Positions 49,776 through 60,441 of a DNA stretch of 64,000 nt are shown here, one piece after another; within the stretch, counting starts at the first letter, position 1; every line of letters starts with the position of its first letter. This stretch comes from Podospora anserina. Its lineage: Eukaryota. The notes under the pieces were generated by a model that was not told the DNA's origin, did no database searches, and saw only the letters and a program-made list of their open reading frames with translations. The translations under genes and the position numbers were made by a program. The DNA lies in NCBI GenBank assembly GCA_017654855.1, contig CM030334.1, positions 372,001 through 436,000 on the forward strand, written 5' to 3'.

Positions 49776-51620
49776 GTGCTACGGCGCTGGATCGCTTCTT
49801 GCAGAGAGGACCACCCCGAGTGCAAGTTTTCTGTTGTCGACAAAATGGAGGAAACTCCACGAAGGCTGCTTGATCTGAGTGACCCCCTGCAGTCTCCTGA
49901 AAACAGATGGTCGAAGCTGCCCAGAAGAGTGCGAGTGATAGAATCAAAGGACGAAATGTTGGCCTACGTTGCTATCAGCTATCGATGGCCTCATGCTTCC
50001 AAATACTGGCCACGCTTGACGTTCAAAAACTACACGGCACTTACTACAGCAGGTCTCCAAACAGACGTTCTACCGAGACTCATTCGAGACGCCTTCACCA
50101 TCGCGTTGCTTGCCGGGATCAGATATGTCTGGATTGACTGCTTGGTAGCTCTACCTCCATGCCCTTTCACACATGGTATGCATAGCTAACATTGAGCAGT
50201 GCATACACCAAGGGAACGATGATGAATGGGTCATTGAATCCGCAAAAATGGCCTCGATTTACGGCCAAGCAGCTTTTACAGTTGAGTTCGTCGACCAAAC
50301 CAGTCTCGTTGACGCCGCTGAAGCGTCCCGCGGTATGTTTCTCAAGACCGAGCACGGGGATCATGATATCAACGAGGACTTCAGCCCACCATACAACCCT
50401 CTCAGCCCCGAGTCTGTTTACCAGTGGCTGGAAACCAGCGGTAACTTTCCAAGCCGTCCCAATGGAGAACTTGATACCAGAGGCTGGGCGTTCCAGGAGA
50501 GGCTTCTTTCTCGGCGCATTGTCAGCATAACAAAGAAGGAATATTTTGGGACTGTCTTCGGCTGAGCGCTTGTGACTGGCGTCCGCTAGGGTTTCTGGGC
50601 GACTTTTCACCCAGGTTTCGAGATAGCGACGAGCGAAAGATCAAGGGGGCCTTGTTGAATGACAGGGCCCACGCTCAAGAAGAACATGGTCTCTCGGCCA
50701 CAGTTCGTAAGAAATACTACCTTTTATGGAGGCGACTTTTACAGAGCTACACCGGCCGAGCTTTCACCAACCCTCCAGATCGCCCGATGGCAATTCAAGG
50801 AGTCCTTCATCGGTTACGATTTCTTCTTCAAGAGGAGGACCATCACTTTGGGGTATGGGAAGGGGACGTCTTGAGATCTCTGATCTGGTTTGTCGAGACA
50901 GAGGGCGAAAACGCGCGCGTCCTGCTTTCCGAACCATTTGTGAAGGTTCCGTCATGGTTGTGGGCGTCGGTGGACGCTCCGATCCAGTACAGACTGTGGC
51001 ACCCCTTTTGGCGGTATCGAGATCGCGATATCGAGGTCGTGGCACCACCGCACACGGTCGTCGAGAATATTTCGGCCAAGGCATCTTCACCGGGGCAATT
51101 GTCAGGCTGCTCTGGTGAGGTTATTCTTAGGGGTCCTTTGGCCACATTGGAAACGACAAAAGTCAGGAGGTTACCTGGGTGTAAGCTCATGTTTGACCCC
51201 AGGCCCGAGGCTTGGTATTCAAGTCAGGTCTCGCCTGACTTCATTCGAGATACCAGCAGGTTGAAAAGGTATTATGAGGTCGACTGTTTGCAGGATCTGG
51301 TGATTATGAAGATCCTGGAGGGCGGCTACTCGGAGGATCAAATGGCACAGTACTGCCTCATTCTACAGCCATGTCTTCCTCCGAAGCCCATTCCCCGACA
51401 AAAGCGCGTCAAGCCACACCTTGGATCGCTTCCCTCGTCACCCAGCTATTATCGAAGACTTGGACTCTTGGTGGTGGACAAAACACTGGACAACTTTTGT
51501 GCCGACGATCGTGATATCTGCAAAGACGATGGATGTCTGTTGGAGAAGAAGCAAAAGAGAGATGGCCGGCTCGTCTCTCGGAGATGTTTGGGACGGATAA
51601 CAACCATCGCTATTATGTAG
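49776..51620 (+). pseudogene. HET-domain (heterokaryon incompatibility) protein; frameshift near 50535, 5' end unclear
   Basis: PRRLLD, YVAISYRW, LPRLIRDA, YVWIDCL|CIHQ (intron 50145-50199), MASIY, RGWAFQERLLS. Then frame change to IFWDC...WRRLLQSYT..FT...DR...VPSWLWAS. Confidence 0.88.
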
Positions 51621-51667
51621 CCACCTCCTTACCTAGAGAGCTGTTCCGTCTGGATAAGCACCCCTGG

Positions 51668-52318
51668 CTAAACCGTCGCAGTCGAGTTCTCGGTTGTAAT
51701 CCCGCCAACCTTGTCCTCCTCTTCCAGCATCCTCCGCGCCCTGTAAAACGCCGTGACTGTATAAACCACACAGCCCCTAGGATTCTCATGCTCCATCGAC
51801 CACGCCCCATTGATAACCCCATCAGAGTAATCCCCAATCGTGTTAGAGAACTTGGTATACATGCCCGCTCAGAAACTGGGTTCGACATTCGAATCATTGA
51901 CCTTCTTATCACCCGCGGTATAATCATCACCACAATCCGGCCGGTTTTGTTCAGGGACTGGATTCAACCAGGGAGGACTGGCTGGATCGTAGGTGTTGTT
52001 GGTGAAGGTCTCATAGGCGAGGTAACATCCGGACATGCTCCCTCCTTGAGTGAGCTCTTCACCAAAGGCGGTACAGTTGAGATTGGCATAGCTGAAGGCT
52101 TCTTTGCACTCGGCTAGCGAGAGAGTGTAGTTGGCAAACAACGAGTCCGAGGAGCAGTTGTGTGATGCTGGGGGGGTGGCCCAGGTGCTCACGCTCAACC
52201 AAGTTGGGATTCGTCGTTCCGGGTAATCGTCTTGAGGTGACGGGAGAAGAAGTAGTTGACTCTGACGACCACCCTTCACGATGTCCGTGTTGAAGCGGGT
52301 TCTGAAGCCATGCTCCAT
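51668..52318 (-). pseudogene. Fragment of a secreted Cys-containing protein (possibly fungal alpha-galactosyl lectin-like module), internal TGA
   Basis: C..AF...NC...TQGG...C..Y pattern; in-frame TGA at 51869-51871; no signal peptide found. Confidence 0.3.
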
Positions 52319-52507
52319 CCGGTAGAAAACAAAGCACTGCTCCTACACTGCTCTTGTTGAGGAGCGGTCAGCTCCACTGTAGACAGAGCTGCTTGAGCCC
52401 ACAGCCGTCAAACAGACGGCCAATGGGAATATATCTGGGTATTTTAACAAGGAAATCTGGACTCTCATCATGTCGATAATCCAGATTCTTGGTCAGGTCT
52501 CAAGGAG

Positions 52508-53676
52508 ATGGCTCACCTCATCCTGTTGGTGCTGCTTGTCAGCACCTACGCCTACGCTGCCCCCCAGCCGGCGGCTACAGATACTGGGTCAACGAAACCC
52601 TACCTCCAGCGTGACCCAAACTTTCATGGCCTACCCGCGCGAGGTCCTCTACCAAGCCCGCAGCGCCGCCGCTCGCCTCAACGATCAGCTCGACTTCGAC
52701 TTCCACAACGTCTTCCACGCCATCTTCAAGGCCAGCGTCTGCACCCAAAACACCTACCGCTACTCCCCCGAGTACGACCACGCCTGGGGTCCCACCGCAG
52801 GCGTCCCTTGGCAAATAGTATCAGACACCATGTTCGGCCTGGGCAACAACTGGCGCTCCACAGACAACCGCATCGACGCCCACCTCCGCATCTACTGCGA
52901 CGACGGCGCCAGATACGAACACTCGGCCAACGGCCAGCTCTGGGACACCGTCGAGCACTTCTACCGCCCCGCCGGCGACGGCGGAGTCCACGCCTGCCAG
53001 GAGCAAACCTTCCACCGTTGCTACGTGACCCACCTTCATCAACTGGGTGATACCGGAGGGCGAGTCCGACGTGCCATTCTACTCCGTCATGGACATCCGT
53101 CAAAACCTGCGGAACGTCCTCGGCCAGCTGGACCGGTCCCAACTCCGAGGACTATCGATCGGGCTCAGATGGCGTATGGGGGGGAAAGAGAGAGAGAGAG
53201 AGAGAGGGAGAGGGAGAGGGAGAAAAATGACATGCACAACCTGCCGGTTTTCTCCCTCGGGCTGGAGCAGATGCCCGTCCAGACGCTGTTCCACGAGTGG
53301 ATGCACGCCATGCCGTTTCTCGGGCAGGATTATCCAGACGCCCGAGGTATGAGCGGGAGTTGGGACCATGTGATCACTCTGTTCACAGAGCAAGCGTTGC
53401 ATGCTCCAGAGGCCTACAGTGAGTTCTTTTACCCTTCCTACACAAGGCTGTTTTTGATGGCAGCGCTAACAAAAGAAAGCATACCTCGGCCTCTGGGCTG
53501 CCCTTGCTGACCTGAGCCCAAGCGGTTACCTGGACGCCAATGGCAGAGGAGGTGGATACACAATCGACCGCTTCTGGGGCATACGGCCTGAGGAAACCAA
53601 ATGGGACCAGAATTTCCTTGAGGACAACACGGGTGAAACCGACAATCCGGCTTTTGGAGGCTGGATTACGGCGTAA
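52508..53676 (+). pseudogene. Secreted zincin metallopeptidase (HEXXH, M35-like) remnant with several frameshifts
   Basis: Signal peptide at 52508; IYCDD; TLFHEWMH; HAPEAY|TYLGL across intron 53419-53479. Frames change near 52580, 53045 and at the GA repeat. Confidence 0.65.
53187..53223. repeat. (GA)n / purine microsatellite inside the metallopeptidase remnant
   Basis: agagagagagagagagagagggagagggagagggaga. Confidence 0.85.
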
Positions 53677-54093
53677 AGAGACTTGACAGAGCAATAGAAA
53701 TACTAGATGATAACCGGAGGGGGGAAATAAAAAGACACAGCTCACAGCAATTGTATTATAGACGATTTGATCTGACCCGGTGAGTGAGTAGGGCTACCTC
53801 ATGAGGTGCATTCCAAATACTCAAACAAATTCCATGTATCGCCGAAAAGAAATGTCCGCCCTCCTAACCTTGAGTTCCCTTTTTTATGCCGCCTCCCCCG
53901 TGTTAAGCATATTTCCAAACGCCCCCTCTGTTCACCGCTCTGCACCCAGGAAGGAAAAAAACCAAGGTCTCAACAACCCAATCCCGTAAGTCGTAACACA
54001 AAGGCGGTGGTGGCAAGTACAGTGTGTTGCAAAAGAAAATGAAGGGCCCCCAACCATTCATGGAGCCTTACTCCATGGTTACGACCAATGAAG

Positions 54094-54654
54094 CTACTGC
54101 ATCAGCCCCGGATCAAACAACGCCACCTCTTGGTGAGGAAAGACGGGTTGAAATGGATTTGGCGGGCCGTTATCCATGTGATGGTGATGATGCAAGGCAT
54201 GCTGTAGCTGGATGGGAAGCACATGATTGGGAGGCAAAACTGCCGCCTCGTGTGCAGGCAGCAGCTGAGGATAATAAACTGGTTGGTTAATAGGCGGCCA
54301 GATGAGGGCCGGTGGAGGCGCATGGCATGCACTCCCAGCAGGACGGTTCCTCAACTTCCTCGGGGTCGGTGATTGCCTCGCCAGCGCCGTGGTAACGTCC
54401 ATTGACTTTCTTGTCCGGATTCTCTTGGACCTCCGCCGGCCGGGGGTAACATCGGACTGGACAAGGTTGATCTCGCTCGGCTCGGTATCAGAAGCATGGG
54501 CGGCATCGACGAACGGGGTTAAGGACGACGATGGGCCCTGTTCAGCACCAGCATGATTAGGAACACGCAAGCCCGGCTGCTCATCATGGGCCCGGCCAGT
54601 GCCTCCACCGTTGTATCCAAAAGTTTTTCTCTGTCTGGTGGTTCTTTTGCTCAT
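54094..54654 (-). CDS. 186-codon ORF in frame with, and 9 nt after, the SFH1 stop (candidate C-terminal extension or separate gene)
   Basis: ...CTC TAG GTA AGT GGC ATG AGC AAA...; basic RRRSKRIRTRK and a Pro/His-rich tail. Confidence 0.5.
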   Translation of the reverse strand: MSKRTTRQRKTFGYNGGGTGRAHDEQPGLRVPNHAGAEQGPSSSLTPFVDAAHASDTEPSEINLVQSDVTPGRRRSKRIRTRKSMDVTTALARQSPTPRKLRNRPAGSACHAPPPALIWPPINQPVYYPQLLPAHEAAVLPPNHVLPIQLQHALHHHHHMDNGPPNPFQPVFPHQEVALFDPGLMQ

Positions 54655-54663
54655 GCCACTTAC

Positions 54664-56567
54664 CTAGAGTGGCTTGGCATCACCAAGATGTAGATTCAGT
54701 GTAAAACGAGGCAGCTTGCGATCGCGCTCAAACATGAACCCGCAATTGTTGCAAAGAGACTGCGCCATCAGAGTGTCAGCATCAAAGCATCCAAAAACAT
54801 GAAAGACGAGACAGGGTGTGAAAGACATACCCTTGGCCCATAAGGACCATCCCGGACAGCCCAAACACTTGTCCCCCAAACCTTGCAGTGGGAGCACCGC
54901 CAAGTGTTCCTCTCATGCTCAGCAAGTGTTCCGCCACCCCCGTAACCTCCAGCACCGCTCGTGGCATCTGGAGTACCCCTATATCCACCGGGAGTGCCCG
55001 CTCGGCCGACCGGCGACAGACTCCTGAAGCGCTTCTTCTTTTTGCTCCTTTCACCTCTCCCCATCCTCTCCTCCGCATCTTGCTCAATAAGTCCGGTGAA
55101 GCCGAAGCCAACGGGCACGCCACCGGCGCCCAGCCCAGTATTACTGCTGAAGCGCGCGGTCTCTCTCCTCAGCCGACGAATCTGGCGCTCCCGGTCACCT
55201 TCCCGTTTCTCAATCTCCTCCTTGCTGAGATACTCCAAACGAGGGCCCCAGGATTCGGCAAGACCGTCAGGATCATAGCGCCAGCCAGCACCTGCGCCGC
55301 TGGGGTTGACAGCGTCATTCGGGAACTCAATCACTCCTCCTGGAGGCAGGACACCACCGCTGGCAGTGAGAGCAGACGAGGCGCCAACCCAGCCAGCAAC
55401 CAAACCACCCGACTCGCAAGCTTCCTTCTTGAGACGTAGGACAGCTTCATAGATGGCATGCGTCATGGCCGGCACCCATTCGCCAGACAAACCCAAGTCA
55501 CTACAGGTCTGCTTGGCGAAGAGCTCGGCCGTTCCCGGCGGGTGCAGCAGCGACCACTCAAACTTGTCCGTGTACACCTGTGACGACAAGTTGATGTTAA
55601 GGCTGACGATGCATCTATAGGTATCGTCGGGGCTCTCGTAGTTATCAGCTGACGTTTCAAGCGGGGTAGCGCTGGCGGTCACGCCTTCTCTTTCAGATAT
55701 CGCGCCCGGCGTCGCTGGGGCATTCCCCAACTTGGACGGTGTCGCGGGAACGTGGGGGGTATCGGATCGGCTGAGGGAAGAGGTTGCAAGGTTTTGAGGG
55801 GCCGGAGTGGCCGACTCGACACGGATCGAAGCTTTTGGGGGCTCGGCGGCGTTGGGTCGTGAACTGTGCGAGTGGAAAAGAGGATGAAGCGCAACACCGG
55901 CATACTCTTCAAGCTGTGTCCGAATCTGCTTGCTGATTTCTGAAATGGTCTGGGCACGGTTGGGAAGATCGAGGTCCTGAACCAAGGTGGTGGCAAACTG
56001 GTCGGTTGTGATGACTGTCTCGTGCAGATTCCACATGAAGGTGTCGCGTAGACGGTAAGGCACTGTTGGTTCTTGGGGTTTGAAGAAGGGGTGATTTGGG
56101 TCGGCATGGCCACCGACGGGCAGGGCAGGCGGGGGTGTATAGCTTGGAATGTCGAGATCGATGCGAATCGGGATCAGCGTCAGCGGGAGACAAGCCTGGG
56201 CATAGTTTTGGGCATCTGCCCGGCGAGTCCTGTTCATCCAGTCGCGCCAGATGCCCTGCATCTCAACTGGGGCGACAGCTTCCTTGCCGACCTTTTCGCT
56301 GGGGTCTACTTTGGAGGCGCTGTCGTCGCGACGGAGGCTGCGCAAACCGGTAGGTCGGCGACGGTTGTCGTCGTCATCATCGTCGTAATCATCGTACCCA
56401 TCCTCGGCATAGTTGATTATAGTCGTTCCTCGCTTGGTGGTTCGCGACAGAGGGTTCGCCGGCACGGCGCTGGGAATCACAGGCTGGATCAGAGCATTCT
56501 GGTAGGTGCGCAAGCGAGGGGCCAAAGACGAGAGTATCGCCTGTTGCGACTCGGACCGCAAAGCCAT
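54664..56567 (-). CDS. SFH1: RSC chromatin-remodelling subunit Sfh1 (SNF5 family) with C-terminal GATA-like zinc finger
   Basis: SRTTKRGTTIINYAEDG; LIPIRIDLD, LRDTFMWNL, YTDKFEWSL (SNF5 repeats); ERQIRRLRRE. Intron 54830-54760 completes CSHC-x18-CNNC. Confidence 0.93.
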
Positions 56568-57788
56568 TGTGATGGTGAGAGGGCGAGATTGATTGTGCTC
56601 TTGTGATTGGCTCTATCTCATGGCAATGAAAAAACAAACACGCAGAGTGTCGTGTCGAGTCGAGTCGAGGCGAGGCTGCCCGTTGGGGGGAGGGGAGAAG
56701 TCGGTCGACTCAAGATGGCCGGAATTCAAGGGCACAAAAGATGGGAAAGACGGACGCAATGCTCAGTGCAATCAATCAACTGGCGGCTGTTGACTGGCCG
56801 TGCATGTGTGTATCAGAGAGACAATAGAAATCTCTCTGGAGCAAACGGCAACAATGGCTCCCAACGAGCGAGGGTTGTCGTTGAATGGTGGAGGGTTGTT
56901 GTTGAGAGCTTGCTCTTGCTTTGGTGTGTGCCTTGCTCTGAGCGCCCGTCAAAAACGCGACGTTGATTTGCGTGCATCGCGCTTCTGCAAAAGCTTAGCT
57001 GGTGGCCTGTGCACTCAAGAAGATTAGATAATCAACACATTGGTAGGTGAGTGGGTGGGTCCAGGCCTCAAAACACCAAGCAAATCACGTGCCTCACATC
57101 AAACATCATCACGATATCCTTCACCACCAAGGGTAACCTTAACTTCACCACCAGCCCAAAGCCATCTAAACGACACTTTTATATAACCAACCTTGTTTTT
57201 CATCAACCCCTCCACGGTCCCAAAGCCTGGGAAATAGGGCTAGCTTAACCTTTGTCGTGGTGAAATCTCTAATTCGTGCCTGCCATCCATGGGCTTCCTT
57301 CCCAGCCACACGCTCCTTGGGCTTCACGTGGTAGTTGCTCTCTGTCAAGTAAGCTAAGGATAAAAATTAGAGGCAGGGATTTCTCTCCCTTTGTTCTCGT
57401 TGCTCCGATATTTTGATTGTAATGATTAGCCTCAAGTTTGAAGACTGATAGCCCCAATCACATGATACCTACTATCAAGTTCACTTTTATCTTCTCACCA
57501 GTGAATTTAAACAAATTTCTCTCCAAATCTCCCAACCTTCTTCTTTTCCCTCCAAAGCAGGTCCTCCTCTCGTCGGAACACCATAGTTCTTCCACAAACA
57601 TCTATCACCTGCTCCTGTGGCTACACTCTAAGCTCCTACGAGTTCCCCTTCTCCACTTTTCTTGGGCCCCCCCGTTGGTCAAACCACGATAGCAGCAAGC
57701 CACATCCAGTTTTCACCTCAGCTCACTTATACTTGCTCCTGACCGTCGTCGCTGTGGGCCCCGTGCTCGCCCCTTGCCCACCTCCAGG

Positions 57789-57794
57789 TATAAA
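57789..57794 (+). promoter_or_regulatory. Candidate TATA box for the RNA ligase gene, divergent from SFH1
   Basis: TATAAA followed by a pyrimidine-rich leader of about 265 nt before aaaATG 58060. Confidence 0.4.
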
Positions 57795-58059
57795 GGAATC
57801 TCTCCCTCCATCCTCTCAACGATCTTCTCTCCCCCACAACCACCAGTCAAGACAGAACACTTCACTTGCCTTCAGCCTTACCCAAGCAACAACACGCAAG
57901 CTACCTCGCCTCACTCTTATCCACCTTCTATTCATTCATTCATCCATCCATCTACCTTTTACCCATCTTTGGAATCTCTTCCATCACACATATCGACGTC
58001 TCATTAGTCGATATCATCACGTTGACGTCCTATCTTAAGGTAGATCGACAACAAGCAAA

Positions 58060-60441
58060 ATGTCTTCGGCCAAGGATTTCCTCGAGGCCGCCATCAGGGA
58101 CTCTCAGGCGATCTTGCCCGTCGAGAACGCCGACGCTGTCACCGTCGCGACACCTGCGCCTTGTCCTCATGAGCGCAAGCTCGCCACCATTCGCCGCATC
58201 TCCTCCCTCGAGAGGCTTACCAAGAGATTCGGCTTGGCCACAGTTGACGGCTGGAAAGTCTTGATCCTCAACGAGGAGAACTTTTTGGTCGGCGAACTCG
58301 TGGTGTTCTGCGAGGTGGACTCATTCACACCCCATCGCAACCCCTACTCGAAGCTCTTCGCTCCTTGGGGCACACTTCAGACCATGTATGGTGAGAAGGG
58401 CTGGCGTATTGCCACCCAGCAGCTCGTGTTTCGCAGCGGATCGGAAAAGGTCAAGGTCACTTCTCAGGGCCGAATTTTCAAGCTGAGTGATATCGGGACC
58501 ATCGTCAGAGAATTCCGCGCTCTGAAACTCAAGGCTGCCTCGACCGATCACACCAGCTTCGAGGACTACCTTCGCGGCGTTGACTTCTCTGAGAAGCTCG
58601 GCATCAAGAAGTGGGAGCCCGAGTCTTCTTCCTCGGCCAAGGTCACGGCTTCCGCCAATGTCACCACTTCGACTTCTGTCCACCGTCCTTCGGCTCCCGT
58701 CGCCACTTCGGCTTCCCTCAAGGCTTCGGCTGCCACCATCGCTGCGGCTCCCGTCGCCGCTTCGATGGCGCCTGTCCAGGCGGCAGCCACTATGCTGAAC
58801 CCCAAGCCGCCTGCGTTCATGCTCAGCACCAAAATGGAGAGGCATCAGAACTGCCCCAACCTTTTCAATAAGCCCAAGTATCGCCGCCTCGTGTACCAGC
58901 AGACGGTGAAGCTCGACGGTTCCGCCATGAGCATTTACTTCGTCAACAAGGACTCTCACCTTTACCACAGCTTGCCCTTGCTGAACTCCCGCGTCGCTCC
59001 CTTCTACCGCAAGACCTGCGTCTTCGAGAACGGTCGCGCCGGTATTTGCAGCACCAACAAAGACATCATCTACAGCACCGAGTCCTTCGAGGCTTTCGTC
59101 AACACCGCCGTTGGTCTCGGCCTTCCGAAGCTTCTCGCGAAGCTGGATCTCAACATCGCCTTCCAGGGTGAACTTGTCGGCCACAACATCTGCGGCAATC
59201 CCTACGGCTACGCCACTCCTAACGACAAGGCCAATGGCAAGATCGGCGACTGTGGCAACGGCTTTGACTTCTTCCTCCACTCCATCGTCGACCTTCACAC
59301 TGGCAAGAAGTGGAACCCCAAGGCCGTCTGCGATTTTGCTGTCCAACACCAGATTCGCCACGTTCCTCTCGAGGGCTACGTGCGAATTCGCGAGATCGCC
59401 AACAGCCACGACGAGCTCCAGGCCATGGCTGAAGCCGCGCCCGGCGAGGGCTTCGTTTTCAAGTGCTTCGAGGGCCAACGCTCATTCAAGGTCCTGAGCA
59501 CCAAGTGGATTCTCGAGAAAGGCGATGAGGCCCTCGCTCGTGGCGAGCGTCTGCGAGACCGCACTGCCCCCGTGGAGCAACCCCATTCCATTTTGCGCAT
59601 CGGCGGCACCCAGTCTGGGGAGGTTAGACTCCCCGCCCCAGTGACCTCTGCTGCTGTCAAGGCCAAGCAGATCGCTGTTGCCAACGCCGTCGCTCCGCTT
59701 CCCGCGACCTCTGCTCACGTTCTGAAGCCTGAGGAGAAGAAGCCTGTTTCTGAGCCTATCCCCCACGCGGCCCCAAAGGCCTCTGACGCCACGAAGCCGG
59801 TCATCGTCGCTCCAACCGTCCAGGCTCGGGCCGTCAGGGCTCAAGCCATTCAGGCTCCAGCTGTCAAGGCTCCAGCCGTCACGGCTCCGGCCATCAACGT
59901 TACCGTTCCCGCCGAAGACGCCGCCAAGCGGGCAAGGAACGACGAGCTCTGGGCCGAGCTCACTCCCGGCATGCAGCTATTCGAGGCCTGGGCCTCTGGC
60001 AACGACTACCAGAACATCATCGACTACGTCAACGCCTGGAAGGCAAAGCACGTGGCCGACCAGGCTTTCAACGAGATCTGCCAGAAGAAGAAGGCCGCCC
60101 TGGCTAAGATCGCCGACGAGCAAAAGCAGCGCGCCATGCTGCGCAAGTTCGCGAAGAAGCAGCAAGAGAAGGCTCCAGCCAACGAGGCCTGGCACCAGAC
60201 TTTGGCCGTCAGCAACGACATCCCGACGCCCGAGCCTTCTTTCAATCTCGACTGTGCCGCTGAGGAGTCTGACAGCGAGGTTTCCGGCGTTGATGAGGAC
60301 CCCGGGACGGATGTCGCTGCCCCCGAGTCGACCACCACCGTCATGGCTCCCAGCGTGAGCATCACCATGTCGCCCAAGCGCGCCCCAGTCAAGAAGACGG
60401 TCACTGTCTCCAAGGAGACCCTCAGCTGGCTCGGCTTCTAA
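58060..60441 (+). CDS. ATP-dependent RNA ligase, Rnl2-like DRB0094 family, with long C-terminal extension
   Basis: N-terminal RKLATIRRI...ATVDGW...VGELVVFCEVDSF. Motif I KLDGS, III QGEL, IV EGFVFK, V SFKVLS. Intronless, 793 aa. Confidence 0.88.
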   Translation: MSSAKDFLEAAIRDSQAILPVENADAVTVATPAPCPHERKLATIRRISSLERLTKRFGLATVDGWKVLILNEENFLVGELVVFCEVDSFTPHRNPYSKLFAPWGTLQTMYGEKGWRIATQQLVFRSGSEKVKVTSQGRIFKLSDIGTIVREFRALKLKAASTDHTSFEDYLRGVDFSEKLGIKKWEPESSSSAKVTASANVTTSTSVHRPSAPVATSASLKASAATIAAAPVAASMAPVQAAATMLNPKPPAFMLSTKMERHQNCPNLFNKPKYRRLVYQQTVKLDGSAMSIYFVNKDSHLYHSLPLLNSRVAPFYRKTCVFENGRAGICSTNKDIIYSTESFEAFVNTAVGLGLPKLLAKLDLNIAFQGELVGHNICGNPYGYATPNDKANGKIGDCGNGFDFFLHSIVDLHTGKKWNPKAVCDFAVQHQIRHVPLEGYVRIREIANSHDELQAMAEAAPGEGFVFKCFEGQRSFKVLSTKWILEKGDEALARGERLRDRTAPVEQPHSILRIGGTQSGEVRLPAPVTSAAVKAKQIAVANAVAPLPATSAHVLKPEEKKPVSEPIPHAAPKASDATKPVIVAPTVQARAVRAQAIQAPAVKAPAVTAPAINVTVPAEDAAKRARNDELWAELTPGMQLFEAWASGNDYQNIIDYVNAWKAKHVADQAFNEICQKKKAALAKIADEQKQRAMLRKFAKKQQEKAPANEAWHQTLAVSNDIPTPEPSFNLDCAAEESDSEVSGVDEDPGTDVAAPESTTTVMAPSVSITMSPKRAPVKKTVTVSKETLSWLGF

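Noticed and set aside
58321-59478. 385-aa ORF antisense to the RNA ligase
   Set aside because: Same shadow-ORF artefact.
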